In this document: in pieces, positions 18,649-29,434 of the stretch
Numbering within the stretch: the first letter of the stretch is position 1
Layout: every line of letters starts with the position of its first letter
DNA from: Candidatus Hydrogenedentota bacterium
Lineage (GTDB): Bacteria; Hydrogenedentota; Hydrogenedentia; Hydrogenedentales; SLHB01
Assembly: GCA_045863335.1 (NCBI GenBank)
Contig: BTVY01000007.1
Span: 1 to 64,000 of the forward strand
DNA length: 64,000 nucleotides
Direction of reading: 5' to 3'
Made by a program: the position numbers and the translations under genes
The notes under the pieces: model-generated
The model's input: only the letters and a program-made list of their open reading frames with translations
What the model was told of the DNA's origin: nothing
The model's database searches: none

Positions 18649-20352
18649 TTATTCCTGCGCGGGGCGGATATCCTTGATCACCAGTTGCACGCTTGTCTCG
18701 CCGCGCCAGGTGTTGAACTGGGGTGAGAAGGCGATGTCCACGGCTGGGGCGGATGACAATTCCCCGAGCCGCTCGGCCATACGGAAACCGATGGCATCCA
18801 TCACACGGCTGCCGTTGCGGAGGGCCACCTTCAAATGGCCGCCGCGCAGTTCGCGCCAGGAATAGGGCATGGGTTCCGCGCCGAAGCTGCAGAAAAGCGG
18901 CGCGGGGTTGGTATTGCCGAAGGGCTGCAGTTGTTCCAACTGCGTCACGAGGCGGCTGTCGATTTCCGAGAGACCCACCTGCGCGTCGATTCGCAGTTGC
19001 TTTCGCAGGTCACCCGCCGGTAGAAGAGTAGCGGCCTGCGCCTCGAACATCTCCACAAATGCGGGCACGGACTCTTCCCGGATCGTGAGTCCCGCGGCCG
19101 CCGCATGGCCGCCGCAGGTGACCAGATGCTCTACGCAGGCGTTCATCGCTTCCGCGATATTGAATCCCGCGATGCTCCGCGCGGAACCCCGGCCGATGCC
19201 GTCTTCGTCGATCCCAATGAGCACCACGGGGCGGTAGTGAACCGATTGAATACGGCTCGCCACGATCCCGATGACGCCACGATGCCAGCCGCGCCGCGCG
19301 AGCACGATGGTCCGTTGTTCGGGCCGGAAATTCGCCTCCAGCTCCGCGAGCACTTCCGCAACCGTATCGCTCTCCAGCACGCGCCGTTCCTGGTTGGCCG
19401 CGTCGAGTTCCTCCGCGAGCACCCGCGCTTCGTCCGGCGAATCCGTAAGCAATAACTCCAGGGCCGAAAGTCCGTCGCCCATGCGGCCGCCCGCGTTGAT
19501 TCGGGGCGCGATCTGGAAGGCGATCTGTTCGGCGGTAAGGGTGCTGAGGTTGACCCCGGCAACTTTCGCAAGCGCTTGAATACCGGGACGCGTGACTTGT
19601 GTCGCCGCCTTGAGGCCCGCCGCAACGAGATTGCGATTCTCCCCGCGCAGAGGAACGACATCGGCCACGGTGCCCAGCGCGACCAGGTCCAAATCGCAGG
19701 CGTCCCCGGTCAACGCGCGCGCCAGATGAAATGCGACGGCCGCGCCGCAAGCTTCCCTGCACGGATGCGTCGGCGCTTCCCGCTGTGGATTGATCACGGC
19801 GAGCGCGGGCGGCAGTTCGCCCTCGATCAGATGGTGGTCTGTCACGATGACGTCGATCCCCAGTTTCCGCGCCCGCTCGCATGAAGCGTGGGCGGCGATA
19901 CCGTTATCTACCGTGACGATGAGCGAAACGCCGGCATCCTTCGCCGCGTCGACCCGGTCCGGGCTCAGCCCGTATCCGTCCACCAGCCGGTTCGGCATTC
20001 CGTAGCTGCATGTTGCGATCCCAAATCGTCGCAGCGCCCGCACGAGCAGGGCCGTGGCCGAGATGCCGTCCACGTCGTAGTCGCCAAAAACGAGGACATG
20101 CTCTCCGGCGTCCCGGGCGCGCCGAAGCCGTTCGACGGCGGCCGCCATATCCGTGAGCGTCAACGGGTCGCAGATGAAATCGAGCGTCGGATTGAGAAAG
20201 CGTTGCACCTCTTCGGGCGAACTGACGCCGCGGCCAATCAGGATGCGCGCGATGATGGGGTGCAAGCCGGTCTCAGAGGCAAGCGCGCGCGTGAGCGCCC
20301 GGTCACACTCCACGATGGACCAGTCGGTTTGGCCGTTCGTGCCGGTCAACAT
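18649..20352 (-). CDS. recJ: single-stranded-DNA-specific exonuclease RecJ
   Basis: GDYDVDG, TVDNG, TDHH, LGTVADVVPL, PRINAGGR, GSARS, GGHAAAAG, PFGNTNP. Confidence 0.96.
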   Translation of the reverse strand: MLTGTNGQTDWSIVECDRALTRALASETGLHPIIARILIGRGVSSPEEVQRFLNPTLDFICDPLTLTDMAAAVERLRRARDAGEHVLVFGDYDVDGISATALLVRALRRFGIATCSYGMPNRLVDGYGLSPDRVDAAKDAGVSLIVTVDNGIAAHASCERARKLGIDVIVTDHHLIEGELPPALAVINPQREAPTHPCREACGAAVAFHLARALTGDACDLDLVALGTVADVVPLRGENRNLVAAGLKAATQVTRPGIQALAKVAGVNLSTLTAEQIAFQIAPRINAGGRMGDGLSALELLLTDSPDEARVLAEELDAANQERRVLESDTVAEVLAELEANFRPEQRTIVLARRGWHRGVIGIVASRIQSVHYRPVVLIGIDEDGIGRGSARSIAGFNIAEAMNACVEHLVTCGGHAAAAGLTIREESVPAFVEMFEAQAATLLPAGDLRKQLRIDAQVGLSEIDSRLVTQLEQLQPFGNTNPAPLFCSFGAEPMPYSWRELRGGHLKVALRNGSRVMDAIGFRMAERLGELSSAPAVDIAFSPQFNTWRGETSVQLVIKDIRPAQE

Positions 20353-21023
20353 GAGAACCTCGCGAGCGCGACGATTACGTCGACGACCTCGTCGGGCGTC
20401 ATGCTCGTCGTATCAACAACGGTTGCGTCCTCCGCGCGGCGCAATGGAGCAATTTCCCTCGTCATATCCTTCTCATCCCGCACGCGGATCTCTTCCGCCA
20501 AGGCACCTTCGTTCACGTGAATTCCCTTCTTGGCAAATTCCTCGGCGCGCCGCCGGGCGCGTTCCTGCAGCGAGGCATCAAGGTACACCTTGCACACGGC
20601 CGCGGGAAACACGACGGTGCCGATGTCGCGCCCTTCCGCCACGGTCGGCCCGCGCGACCCGATGGCGCGCTGCAACTCGACCAGGCGATCGCGCACGCCA
20701 CGGCTCCGGTCCAGCTTGTGAATGTTGCGCGTCACCTCGGGACTCCGAATCGCCTCGGTCACGTCATGGCCGTCGACGCGCACGATTTGGTTTCCATGCT
20801 CTTCGCGAAGATCCAGGTCCATGGCGGCCGTGGATTCAGCTAGCGCAGCCGGATCGTCGAGATCGATCCCGAGATGCATGGCGCGCCAGGTTGCTGCCCG
20901 ATACATGGCGCCCGTGTCGAGGAAGGCATATCCGAGCTTCTCAGCCACCTTGCGCGCGATGGTGCTCTTCCCTGCGCCCGCCGGGCCGTCAATGGCGACG
21001 ATATTCCTGGCCGTCTCGCTCAT
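20346..21023 (-). CDS. cmk: cytidylate kinase
   Basis: AIDGPAGAGKST, LDTGAMYRA, EGRDIGTVVFP. Confidence 0.97.
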   Translation of the reverse strand: MSETARNIVAIDGPAGAGKSTIARKVAEKLGYAFLDTGAMYRAATWRAMHLGIDLDDPAALAESTAAMDLDLREEHGNQIVRVDGHDVTEAIRSPEVTRNIHKLDRSRGVRDRLVELQRAIGSRGPTVAEGRDIGTVVFPAAVCKVYLDASLQERARRRAEEFAKKGIHVNEGALAEEIRVRDEKDMTREIAPLRRAEDATVVDTTSMTPDEVVDVIVALARFSC

Positions 21024-21035
21024 AACAGCGCGCCG

Positions 21036-23060
21036 CTACGATGCGGCGAAGATTCTCCCGTTCTCGCGCAGGTACGTGCGGCGATCTTCCTTGCCGCCCA
21101 CGGTTTCCAGCATGGCGCCCTTCGGCGGCGCGGGTTCGTTGAGCAGATAGGGGTCTGCGTAAATCTTCACGCCCGTTTCAAACACCCCCGTGACGCGAGG
21201 CGAGACGCGCACAAAATCGTCCACCGGAACGGCAATTTGATACTCCTTACGGAGCACCTCGGCGACGCCGCGCAACTGCTCGGTCAGTTTTTCCTTCGAT
21301 TCCACGTAGCTCGACAAGCGATCCATACGCGTGGAAACAGTCCGCAACGAGAGCTGCACGAAACTGGACTGCATCCGCCTTCCCAGGGGATCGTCCAGCG
21401 ATTTCGCGCGCGCTTTCACCGCGCCGAGGAATTGCTTCAGCAGAGCCACGGTCGGAAGGGACCCCGATCGATTGTCCAGCACTTCCTTGGCCGTGAACAC
21501 TTCGCGCAGTTGGGCCTCATACTTTGCGATGACCGCGCGCAACTCGACTGCTTCCTTATCCCAATAGGCGCGGCGCTCGCGAACTTGATGAAGGCTCGAC
21601 GCGGTCTTCCGGACATCGCTGGACGTCGCAAGCATGCGCTCCTTGATCGCCGCGATATCCGATAACTCGTCGGTGACATCCTTGGCGAAACCGCCCTCGG
21701 CCTCGAGGTGCGCAAAGTCGGACGTGACATCGTCAAGCGACGACTCCTCCAACGTTTCCGATTCGTCCGTTGATAATCCCTTCAGGCGTTCGAGCCGGCC
21801 CAACCGATCTTCGCCCAACTCCACGAGGGTCTGTAACACTGCACGGATCCGGTTGACTTGCGCGAGCCGATGCTCGGCCTGCCCCAACTTCTCCGCGACG
21901 GGGTGCAACTGATCTTTTCCGGTCAGGTACACGATGGCGTTGCGCGCGGCGTGTTCCGCTTCGGCCTGCGAATACAGGATGCGCGTCTCCAAGGCCGAGA
22001 TTCGCCGCTGCAAGTTTGCGGTTTGCGCCAGGTGCCGCAACGCTTCCGGACCCGGCTCCTCACCATAGTCCTGACACGAGAGAGACGTGCGCAGCACGAT
22101 GGCGAGTTCCCGGGCATCGGAACGGCGAAACCGCGCCGCAGTCAATTCGCGGGATACCATGAATACGCCACCGTACACATCGCCCCGCACGTGGATGCTG
22201 GGCGAAATGTATTTGCCCATGATGGCGGTCTGCTCGATGCAGACCTCGGAACCGCCGAACACGAGATCGGGCGACTCCGCGGAACGGCAGTGCACGCCCC
22301 CCCACTTGGAGACGACATAGGCCCGGACGATGATGTTGCGGGCGCGAATGTTCCCCTGGCGAACGACGACCACGCCCGAAATGTTCTCGCGCACTTCGCA
22401 GTGTTGCGATGCGGCGACTTTGCCCATGACGAACCCGTCGACACTGCACGAACCCTCTTCGATAACCAAAGTACAGTTCTCGGGTACGCTCCCCAAGACC
22501 TTCAAGTGGCCCGCGCGGTGAATGAGCACCGGCCCGCGTCCCTGGATGTTGATTCCGGCAAACATCTTGATCTCGCGCGGCTTCGCCCCGACGATGTCGC
22601 GCTCGGTCACCACGTGAAGGCGCGTGGACAAGGCCGGCAACCGCGGCGTAATGCTGACTTTTTCGTATCGATCTTCAATCGCCGTGGCATGGCGCTCCAG
22701 AAGCTGGATGACCCGCGCAAACTGGTCCGGCCGGGCGCAGGTTTTGGCAAGCTGCAGCGAGGCCAACAACATGTCCAGCTCGTCCCATGCCAGGTACTGC
22801 GTGTTTCCCGCAGTCAACTCGTCTATGAGTTCTCGCAGGACCCACTGATGCCGCCGTCCCTCGGTCACGGCAACTTCCGCCGCAGGCCGCGCTGACCATC
22901 CTTTTACCTTCTTGGGAAGGGTTTCGTGGGCGGACAATGCGGCGGCATCCCCCGCGAGCGAGCGGTACCACGAATCGCAGATAGCGATGTCCTGGAGCGT
23001 GACCTCCCCCAATTCGTCTTCCGGCATCGCGCTCACGTATTCGATAAGTCGGTCCAGCAT
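21036..23060 (-). CDS. hypothetical protein with FapA/DUF342-like beta-helix and coiled-coil
   Basis: Repetitive beta-strand segment (LKVLGSV, CSVDGFV, CEVRENI, IHVRGDVYGG), long helical region, C-terminal VTGVFETGVKI. Confidence 0.55.
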   Translation of the reverse strand: MLDRLIEYVSAMPEDELGEVTLQDIAICDSWYRSLAGDAAALSAHETLPKKVKGWSARPAAEVAVTEGRRHQWVLRELIDELTAGNTQYLAWDELDMLLASLQLAKTCARPDQFARVIQLLERHATAIEDRYEKVSITPRLPALSTRLHVVTERDIVGAKPREIKMFAGINIQGRGPVLIHRAGHLKVLGSVPENCTLVIEEGSCSVDGFVMGKVAASQHCEVRENISGVVVVRQGNIRARNIIVRAYVVSKWGGVHCRSAESPDLVFGGSEVCIEQTAIMGKYISPSIHVRGDVYGGVFMVSRELTAARFRRSDARELAIVLRTSLSCQDYGEEPGPEALRHLAQTANLQRRISALETRILYSQAEAEHAARNAIVYLTGKDQLHPVAEKLGQAEHRLAQVNRIRAVLQTLVELGEDRLGRLERLKGLSTDESETLEESSLDDVTSDFAHLEAEGGFAKDVTDELSDIAAIKERMLATSSDVRKTASSLHQVRERRAYWDKEAVELRAVIAKYEAQLREVFTAKEVLDNRSGSLPTVALLKQFLGAVKARAKSLDDPLGRRMQSSFVQLSLRTVSTRMDRLSSYVESKEKLTEQLRGVAEVLRKEYQIAVPVDDFVRVSPRVTGVFETGVKIYADPYLLNEPAPPKGAMLETVGGKEDRRTYLRENGRIFAAS

Positions 23061-23066
23061 GTGATC

Positions 23067-24125
<1,059 letters not shown>

Positions 24126-24269
24126 GAATCACGCCTCCCACTGGCCGTTTGCCCTTATGCTATAGGAGGCGCAGGACGATGGCAAGCAAAATGGCCCTCG
24201 GTTTCTTGTTTCGGGTTGGAACACCTCTCCTGCGTATTGGGCGGAATTTGCGGGGTACGGGACCCGATG

Positions 24270-24321
24270 GTGGTGCTGGCTTCCCGCCTGCGCCCCTTTC
24301 AGGCTGGAAGCCTGCACCACA
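24270..24321. repeat. REP-like inverted repeat
   Basis: GTGGTGCTGGCTTCCCGCCTG ... CAGGCTGGAAGCCTGCACCAC. Confidence 0.65.
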
Positions 24322-24340
24322 ATCAACGGTCCTTCGCAGG

Positions 24341-25309
24341 TTACCGGTCGGTCAGCAACCCGAACCGCGTGACCATGAGAAAGACCAAGGCCTCCAGTTC
24401 TTCGCGGGTCTTCAGGGAAATCCCGAATTGGCGGGCCAGATCGCCGACGTGCTTTTCCAGGAGTCGCAGCTCGGTGCCCAGCGTGTCGTACCCCTCGAAG
24501 GGGCCCGCGAGGCCGGCGGCCGCCGTCGCGGCGGTAATGTTGCAGAGGTAGTTCACGATGTGCCCCATCTTCTGGTAGTCCAGTTTCTCGGGGGTGTCCG
24601 TGGGCAGGTGGTAGTGCTCCCACTGACCGCAGGAGAGGAACAGGTAGGGGCGCTCGTTCACGCGGAATACATGGTGATCGCTCATATCGCCCACGTAACG
24701 GTTCAAGGTGGCAACGGTGCGAATGCCGGACTCGGGTTCGCAATCCTGGACAACGCGTTCGAGGGCCGGATCGCTTTCCATGCCCATCACGAAGAGCAAG
24801 TCCTCTCGTCCGGGAATGGGAACCGCGTGCCCGACCAAGTCAAGCACGATGGCGCAATGTATCGCGCGATCCCGCTGGTGATTGTAGTAATGGGTCGAGC
24901 CCATCAACGGCGTAAGGAAATGCGGCGGCTCCTCCGCGTCGAAGAACGCAAAGAGCACAGTGCGCTCCAGGGCGCGCTGGCGCAAACCCTCCACCGAGGC
25001 AAGGGCGATGGCGATGGCCGCGGCGTTGTCGTCGGCGCCGGGGAAGGGTCCGCAGGTATCGTAATGCGCCGCGATGAGCACCGGGTCCAGCTCGGGCCGG
25101 GAGCCGGGCAAGGCGCCGATGACATTGGTGAGCCGAATGTCGCCGGCGGCATAGGGCAACTCGAAGGAGCCATCGTGAACCGGCACGAGACCCGCCGCCC
25201 CGCATCGTTCGATCACATAGGCCCGGGCTTCGGCATGACCGCGCGTGCCCGCCATCCGGCCCTGGGGTGTCGCGAGGTTCTCCACGTCCGTCCGCAGTTG
25301 TTCACGCAT
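24341..25309 (-). CDS. M28 family metallopeptidase
   Basis: AHYD, GADDNAA, DAEEPP, LDLVG, SDH, YHLPTD. Confidence 0.9.
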   Translation of the reverse strand: MREQLRTDVENLATPQGRMAGTRGHAEARAYVIERCGAAGLVPVHDGSFELPYAAGDIRLTNVIGALPGSRPELDPVLIAAHYDTCGPFPGADDNAAAIAIALASVEGLRQRALERTVLFAFFDAEEPPHFLTPLMGSTHYYNHQRDRAIHCAIVLDLVGHAVPIPGREDLLFVMGMESDPALERVVQDCEPESGIRTVATLNRYVGDMSDHHVFRVNERPYLFLSCGQWEHYHLPTDTPEKLDYQKMGHIVNYLCNITAATAAAGLAGPFEGYDTLGTELRLLEKHVGDLARQFGISLKTREELEALVFLMVTRFGLLTDR

Positions 25310-25467
25310 CTCCCGATTCTAACGCAGGTGCCGGGCGAATGCACGGTCGCAGATCCGCGCGCCCGCGCCGTTGCTCGAGCCCTGCGAATCCGCTAAGGTA
25401 TGGACGCTGTTCTGCAAGGAGCGCGCAATCGGCCCCGGCGGGGTCTACGAATCCGGAGGGAGTACGG

Positions 25468-27081
25468 ATGGAATGCCACGATCATGTCTGCCGCAGTCTG
25501 CTGACCCCGTTGACGTTTCTGGAGCGCAGCGCGCGGGTGTACAAGGACAAGCCCGCGGTCATCTACGGCAAAAACCGAATGACCTACGGGGAGTTCGCGG
25601 AAGAGGTCTATCGTTTTGCGTCGGCCTTGCGATCCATGGGACTGCAGAAGGGCGACCGGGTCGCCATGCTCTGCCCGAACATCCCCGCCATGCTGGCCGC
25701 CCACTTCGCGGTGCCCCTGGCGGGCGGCGTGCTGGTCTGCATCAACACGCGCCTCTCCCCGCGCGAGATCGCGTATATCCTCGATCATTCGGGAGCCAGT
25801 GTGTTGTTCCTCGACACGGAACTCAATCATCTGATCGTTCCCGTCCGCGACGAATTAACCAATCTCCGCACTATCGTCAGCATCACCGACACGGATTATC
25901 CGGCCCTGGACGACACGATCCGCTACGATGCCTTCCTTGAAAGCGGTTCCCCCGACGTCATGCCCTGGATTCTCGACGATGAGATGGAGACCATCTCCAT
26001 CAATTACACGAGCGGCACGACCGGCAAGCCCAAGGGCGTCATGTATTCCCATCGCGGCGCGTACATCAACGGCCTCGGTGAGATTGTCGAGACGGGCATG
26101 ACACCCACGTCGGTCTTTCTGTGGACGGTGCCCATGTTCCACTGCAACGGCTGGTGCTTCACCTGGGGAGTGACGGCCATCGGAGCGACCCACGTGTGCC
26201 TGCGCAAGGTGGAACCCGCCCACGTGTGGGAGCTCATTCGCAGCGAAGGCGTGACGCATCTGAACGGCGCGCCGGTAGTCCTCATCTCGCTCTTGAATCA
26301 TCCCGATCGCCCGCGCCGGTTGGAGCAACCGCTCACCGTCACGACCGGCGGCGCGCCGCCCTCCCCCACGCTCATCGAGCACATGGACGAAATCGGCGCC
26401 CGCATCATCCACATCTATGGACTCACCGAAACCTACGGGCCCTACACGATCTGCGCGCCGCAGGAATCCTGGGAAAAGCTCTTCGCCGATGAGCAGGCGC
26501 GACTCAACGCGCGCCAGGGTGTACCGTATGTTGCCGCGGACGGGCTGCGCGTCGTTGACGAACAGATGAATGACGTGCCCGCGGACGGCAAGACCATGGG
26601 CGAGGTGGTCATGCGCGGCAATATGGTGATGAAAGGCTACTACGACGACCCCGAGGCGACGGCGGAAGCTTTTCGCGGCGGGTGGTTTCACAGCGGCGAT
26701 ATTGCGGTCATGCATCCCGACGGCTACATTGAACTCCGGGATCGGAGCAAAGATGTGATCATCAGCGGCGGCGAAAACATCTCCTCCATCGAAGTCGAAC
26801 AGATTCTGTACCGCCACAAATCGGTGCTGGAAGTGGCGGTCATCGGCATTCCCCACGAGAAATGGGGCGAAACGCCAAAGGCTTTTGTCACGTTAAAGGA
26901 TGGCAAGACGGTCACCGCCGACGATCTCATTACCTTCTGCCGGAACGAGATCGCCCACTTCAAATGCCCCACCGTCATCGAGTTCACCGTGTTACCCAAG
27001 ACGAGCACCGGCAAGATTCAGAAGTACGTCCTGCGGGAGAAGGAATGGGCCGGCCACGATAAGCGCATCCAGGGCGCGTAG
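25468..27081 (+). CDS. acyl-CoA synthetase (AMP-binding)
   Basis: YTSGTTGKPKG, PMFHCNGWCF, YGLTE, GWFHSGD, PKTSTGKIQK; start MECHDH after GGAGG. Confidence 0.93.
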   Translation: MECHDHVCRSLLTPLTFLERSARVYKDKPAVIYGKNRMTYGEFAEEVYRFASALRSMGLQKGDRVAMLCPNIPAMLAAHFAVPLAGGVLVCINTRLSPREIAYILDHSGASVLFLDTELNHLIVPVRDELTNLRTIVSITDTDYPALDDTIRYDAFLESGSPDVMPWILDDEMETISINYTSGTTGKPKGVMYSHRGAYINGLGEIVETGMTPTSVFLWTVPMFHCNGWCFTWGVTAIGATHVCLRKVEPAHVWELIRSEGVTHLNGAPVVLISLLNHPDRPRRLEQPLTVTTGGAPPSPTLIEHMDEIGARIIHIYGLTETYGPYTICAPQESWEKLFADEQARLNARQGVPYVAADGLRVVDEQMNDVPADGKTMGEVVMRGNMVMKGYYDDPEATAEAFRGGWFHSGDIAVMHPDGYIELRDRSKDVIISGGENISSIEVEQILYRHKSVLEVAVIGIPHEKWGETPKAFVTLKDGKTVTADDLITFCRNEIAHFKCPTVIEFTVLPKTSTGKIQKYVLREKEWAGHDKRIQGA

Positions 27082-27160
27082 ACGCCGCGTATCGCCCGGT
27101 GCCATCGTAGCGAGTTCTGTAGACGGTGAATGTCCCCTCCAACTCCAGTAGACTGGAAGC

Positions 27161-27883
27161 ATGACAACCGATCCTGAGTTCAAGGCCGTCCTGCTCGACG
27201 CAGCGGGTACCCTCCTGACGGTGAACCCCTCCGTCGGCCACGTATACGCCGATCATGCGGCCCTTTACGGTTTCAACGTGTGCGCGAACGCGCTCAACGA
27301 AAGTTTCGTTGTGAACTGGCGCGCGCACCGGCATCGTGACGGGCACGGGTCGCCTTTTCACACATCTGAAACCGGGGAGCGCTCGTGGTGGCACGAACTC
27401 GCGCTTGCGGTGTACTCCGGCGCGGGCGCGTCAGCGGAGTTCAAGACCGAGTACGACCGCATCTTCGACAGTCTCTACAAGCGTTTCGCCGATCCCGACG
27501 TGTGGCGGGTCTACGACGATGTGGTTCCCGCGCTGGATGATCTGCGCGATCGCGGCATTCGTCTGGCCGTCGTTTCCAATTGGGATTCGCGCCTACCGCT
27601 GCTGCTCGAACGGCTCGGTCTTTCCGAAAGATTCGAATTCATCCTCACCTCCGCCGAAGCGGGAATCAGCAAACCGCATCCCGATATCTTCTTGCAGGCT
27701 TGCCGCCGCCTGAATCTTCCGCAAGAAGACGTGGTTCACGTGGGCGATTCTCTGGAGGAAGACGTCGATGGCGCGCAGGCCGCGGGCATTCGCGCCACGC
27801 TGCTCGACCGGGAGGGACGCTGGCCCAATCGGCCGGACGCCATACGGGCCTTGACGGACCTGTCGGCTCCATCCCGAACTTAA
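27161..27883 (+). CDS. HAD-IA family hydrolase (REG-2-like)
   Basis: LLDAAGTL, VSNWD, KPHPDIF, HVGDSLEEDVDGA. Confidence 0.9.
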   Translation: MTTDPEFKAVLLDAAGTLLTVNPSVGHVYADHAALYGFNVCANALNESFVVNWRAHRHRDGHGSPFHTSETGERSWWHELALAVYSGAGASAEFKTEYDRIFDSLYKRFADPDVWRVYDDVVPALDDLRDRGIRLAVVSNWDSRLPLLLERLGLSERFEFILTSAEAGISKPHPDIFLQACRRLNLPQEDVVHVGDSLEEDVDGAQAAGIRATLLDREGRWPNRPDAIRALTDLSAPSRT

Positions 27884-28014
27884 ACGCCCGCAGCATAGGC
27901 CCTGTAGCGCCCGGCTTCCATGCCGGGCGAGTCTCAAAGGGTGCAGTACTGAGAATATCGCCCGGGCACTCGGCGAACACAATAGTCCGGCTACTCCCCT
28001 TGACGTTATTGTTC

Positions 28015-28215
28015 GGGCTTTCAGCCCTATGAAGACAGATTCCCCGTTTCCTGGGCCTTCGACCCAGGCTGGTATCGTTCGGGCCGTTGGCCCTCTTCAA
28101 GACCTACCTCGTCAGACCAGCGACACGATACTTGCGCCAACGGCGCGCGCTATACCAGCATGGGGCACCGCCCCATGATTAGGCGCAATCATAAGTAAGG
28201 AGGACTGAAGGTACG
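28015..28215. repeat. REP-like palindrome cluster (resembles 5884-6106)
   Basis: GGGCTTTCAGCCC, CCTGGGCCTTCGACCCAGG, GGGCCGTTGGCCC, CATGGGGCACCGCCCCATG. Confidence 0.6.
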
Positions 28216-28313
28216 AACTATCTCACGTGGAACGGTCACCCCTGCGAGCCCCGACTCCGCATTTACTCTGAGCGGTACTACAAGTACAACCGCGACAGCC
28301 TGCGGCATGGGGA

Positions 28314-28691
28314 CTACTGCGCGCCTGACTTGCCTTCCGGGGCTTCCTTACGGCTACCCTTCGTTTGCGGACGCTGGACGGCGAGTTCCTGCGCGAGGTT
28401 TTTCACCTGGGTTTCCAGTTTGGAAATCTTCACGCTGAACTGCAAACACAAGGCGAGCACAAAGAAGATTCCGAAGAAGAAGAGCGTCGACGACGTGAAC
28501 CCCGCGCCGATGAGGTTGGTAATCCATTGCAGAAGGCCGTAATTCATCCCGATCACGAGAATGGTCACGCCGGCGAGGATCCACAACCAGGAATACTCCA
28601 CCCGCAACTTGCGGCGGCGCACCAGTTCGATGATGACCAGCAGGAGTGACACGCCACACACGGCAGCGAGGATCTTCTGGCGAATGTCCAT
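28314..28691 (-). CDS. DUF2304 family membrane protein
   Basis: ELVRRRKLRVEYSWLW, 3 TM helices, SKLETQVKNLAQELA; adjacent to a GT2 gene. Confidence 0.85.
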   Translation of the reverse strand: MDIRQKILAAVCGVSLLLVIIELVRRRKLRVEYSWLWILAGVTILVIGMNYGLLQWITNLIGAGFTSSTLFFFGIFFVLALCLQFSVKISKLETQVKNLAQELAVQRPQTKGSRKEAPEGKSGAQ

Positions 28692-28693
28692 GA

Positions 28694-29398
28694 CTATTTC
28701 TCCCGGCGTATCAGGTTCAGGGGAATGTCCAGTCCCATCTTGAAAAGATAGTATACGGGACGGAGGCCGCGATGCAGGGAGACCCCCGACACCCGCGCGT
28801 GCATCTGCACCGGCACTTCGCCGACCCGGAACCCGTGACGATGCAGCATGACCAGCACGTCCACGTCCGGGTAATCCACGGGATAGCTGTCCCGCGAGAA
28901 GAATTCGAGCACGCGCCGGTTCATGGCCTGAAAACCGCTGGTCGGATCGGTGACCGTCTTGCCGAGCAACCGGGACGCCACGCGCCGGAACAGCGCCATG
29001 CCGAGGCGTCGCGTGAAGGGGATGCGATAGGGCTGCCCTTCGAGAAAGCGGGAGCCGATGCAGATGTCGCAGGCATCGCCCTGCACCCGTTCGAGCAGGC
29101 GCGCAATCCCTGCGGGATCGTGTTGCCCGTCGGCGTCCAGTTGCACCAGATAGTCCGCGCGCTGAGCGACCGCGAACTTGTACCCCGTCTGCAGCGCGAC
29201 GCCGTAGCCCATGTTGAACGGAAGCCGCAGCACCGTAACATCGTAATCGAGCGCGCGCGCGACGGTATCGTCGGTCGATCCGTCGTCCACGACCACGATC
29301 CGGCCCTGTGGGAGGGCGCTCCGAACGCCGTCGATCACCGCGCCGATGCGATGGGATTCATTGTACGCTGGCAGTAACACGATGATGTTCGGCGTCAT
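28694..29398 (-). CDS. GT2 glycosyltransferase (DPM1-like)
   Basis: LPAYNE, VVDDGSTD, DADGQH, DPTSGF. Confidence 0.92.
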   Translation of the reverse strand: MTPNIIVLLPAYNESHRIGAVIDGVRSALPQGRIVVVDDGSTDDTVARALDYDVTVLRLPFNMGYGVALQTGYKFAVAQRADYLVQLDADGQHDPAGIARLLERVQGDACDICIGSRFLEGQPYRIPFTRRLGMALFRRVASRLLGKTVTDPTSGFQAMNRRVLEFFSRDSYPVDYPDVDVLVMLHRHGFRVGEVPVQMHARVSGVSLHRGLRPVYYLFKMGLDIPLNLIRREK

Positions 29399-29434
29399 GC
29401 GGGGAGTGTACTGCGGCAATCGGAATGCGGTCAA

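Noticed and set aside
24126-24340. SAM riboswitch upstream of mtnA
   Set aside because: No SAM-I or SAM-II core motifs seen; the hairpin present is a REP-like repeat
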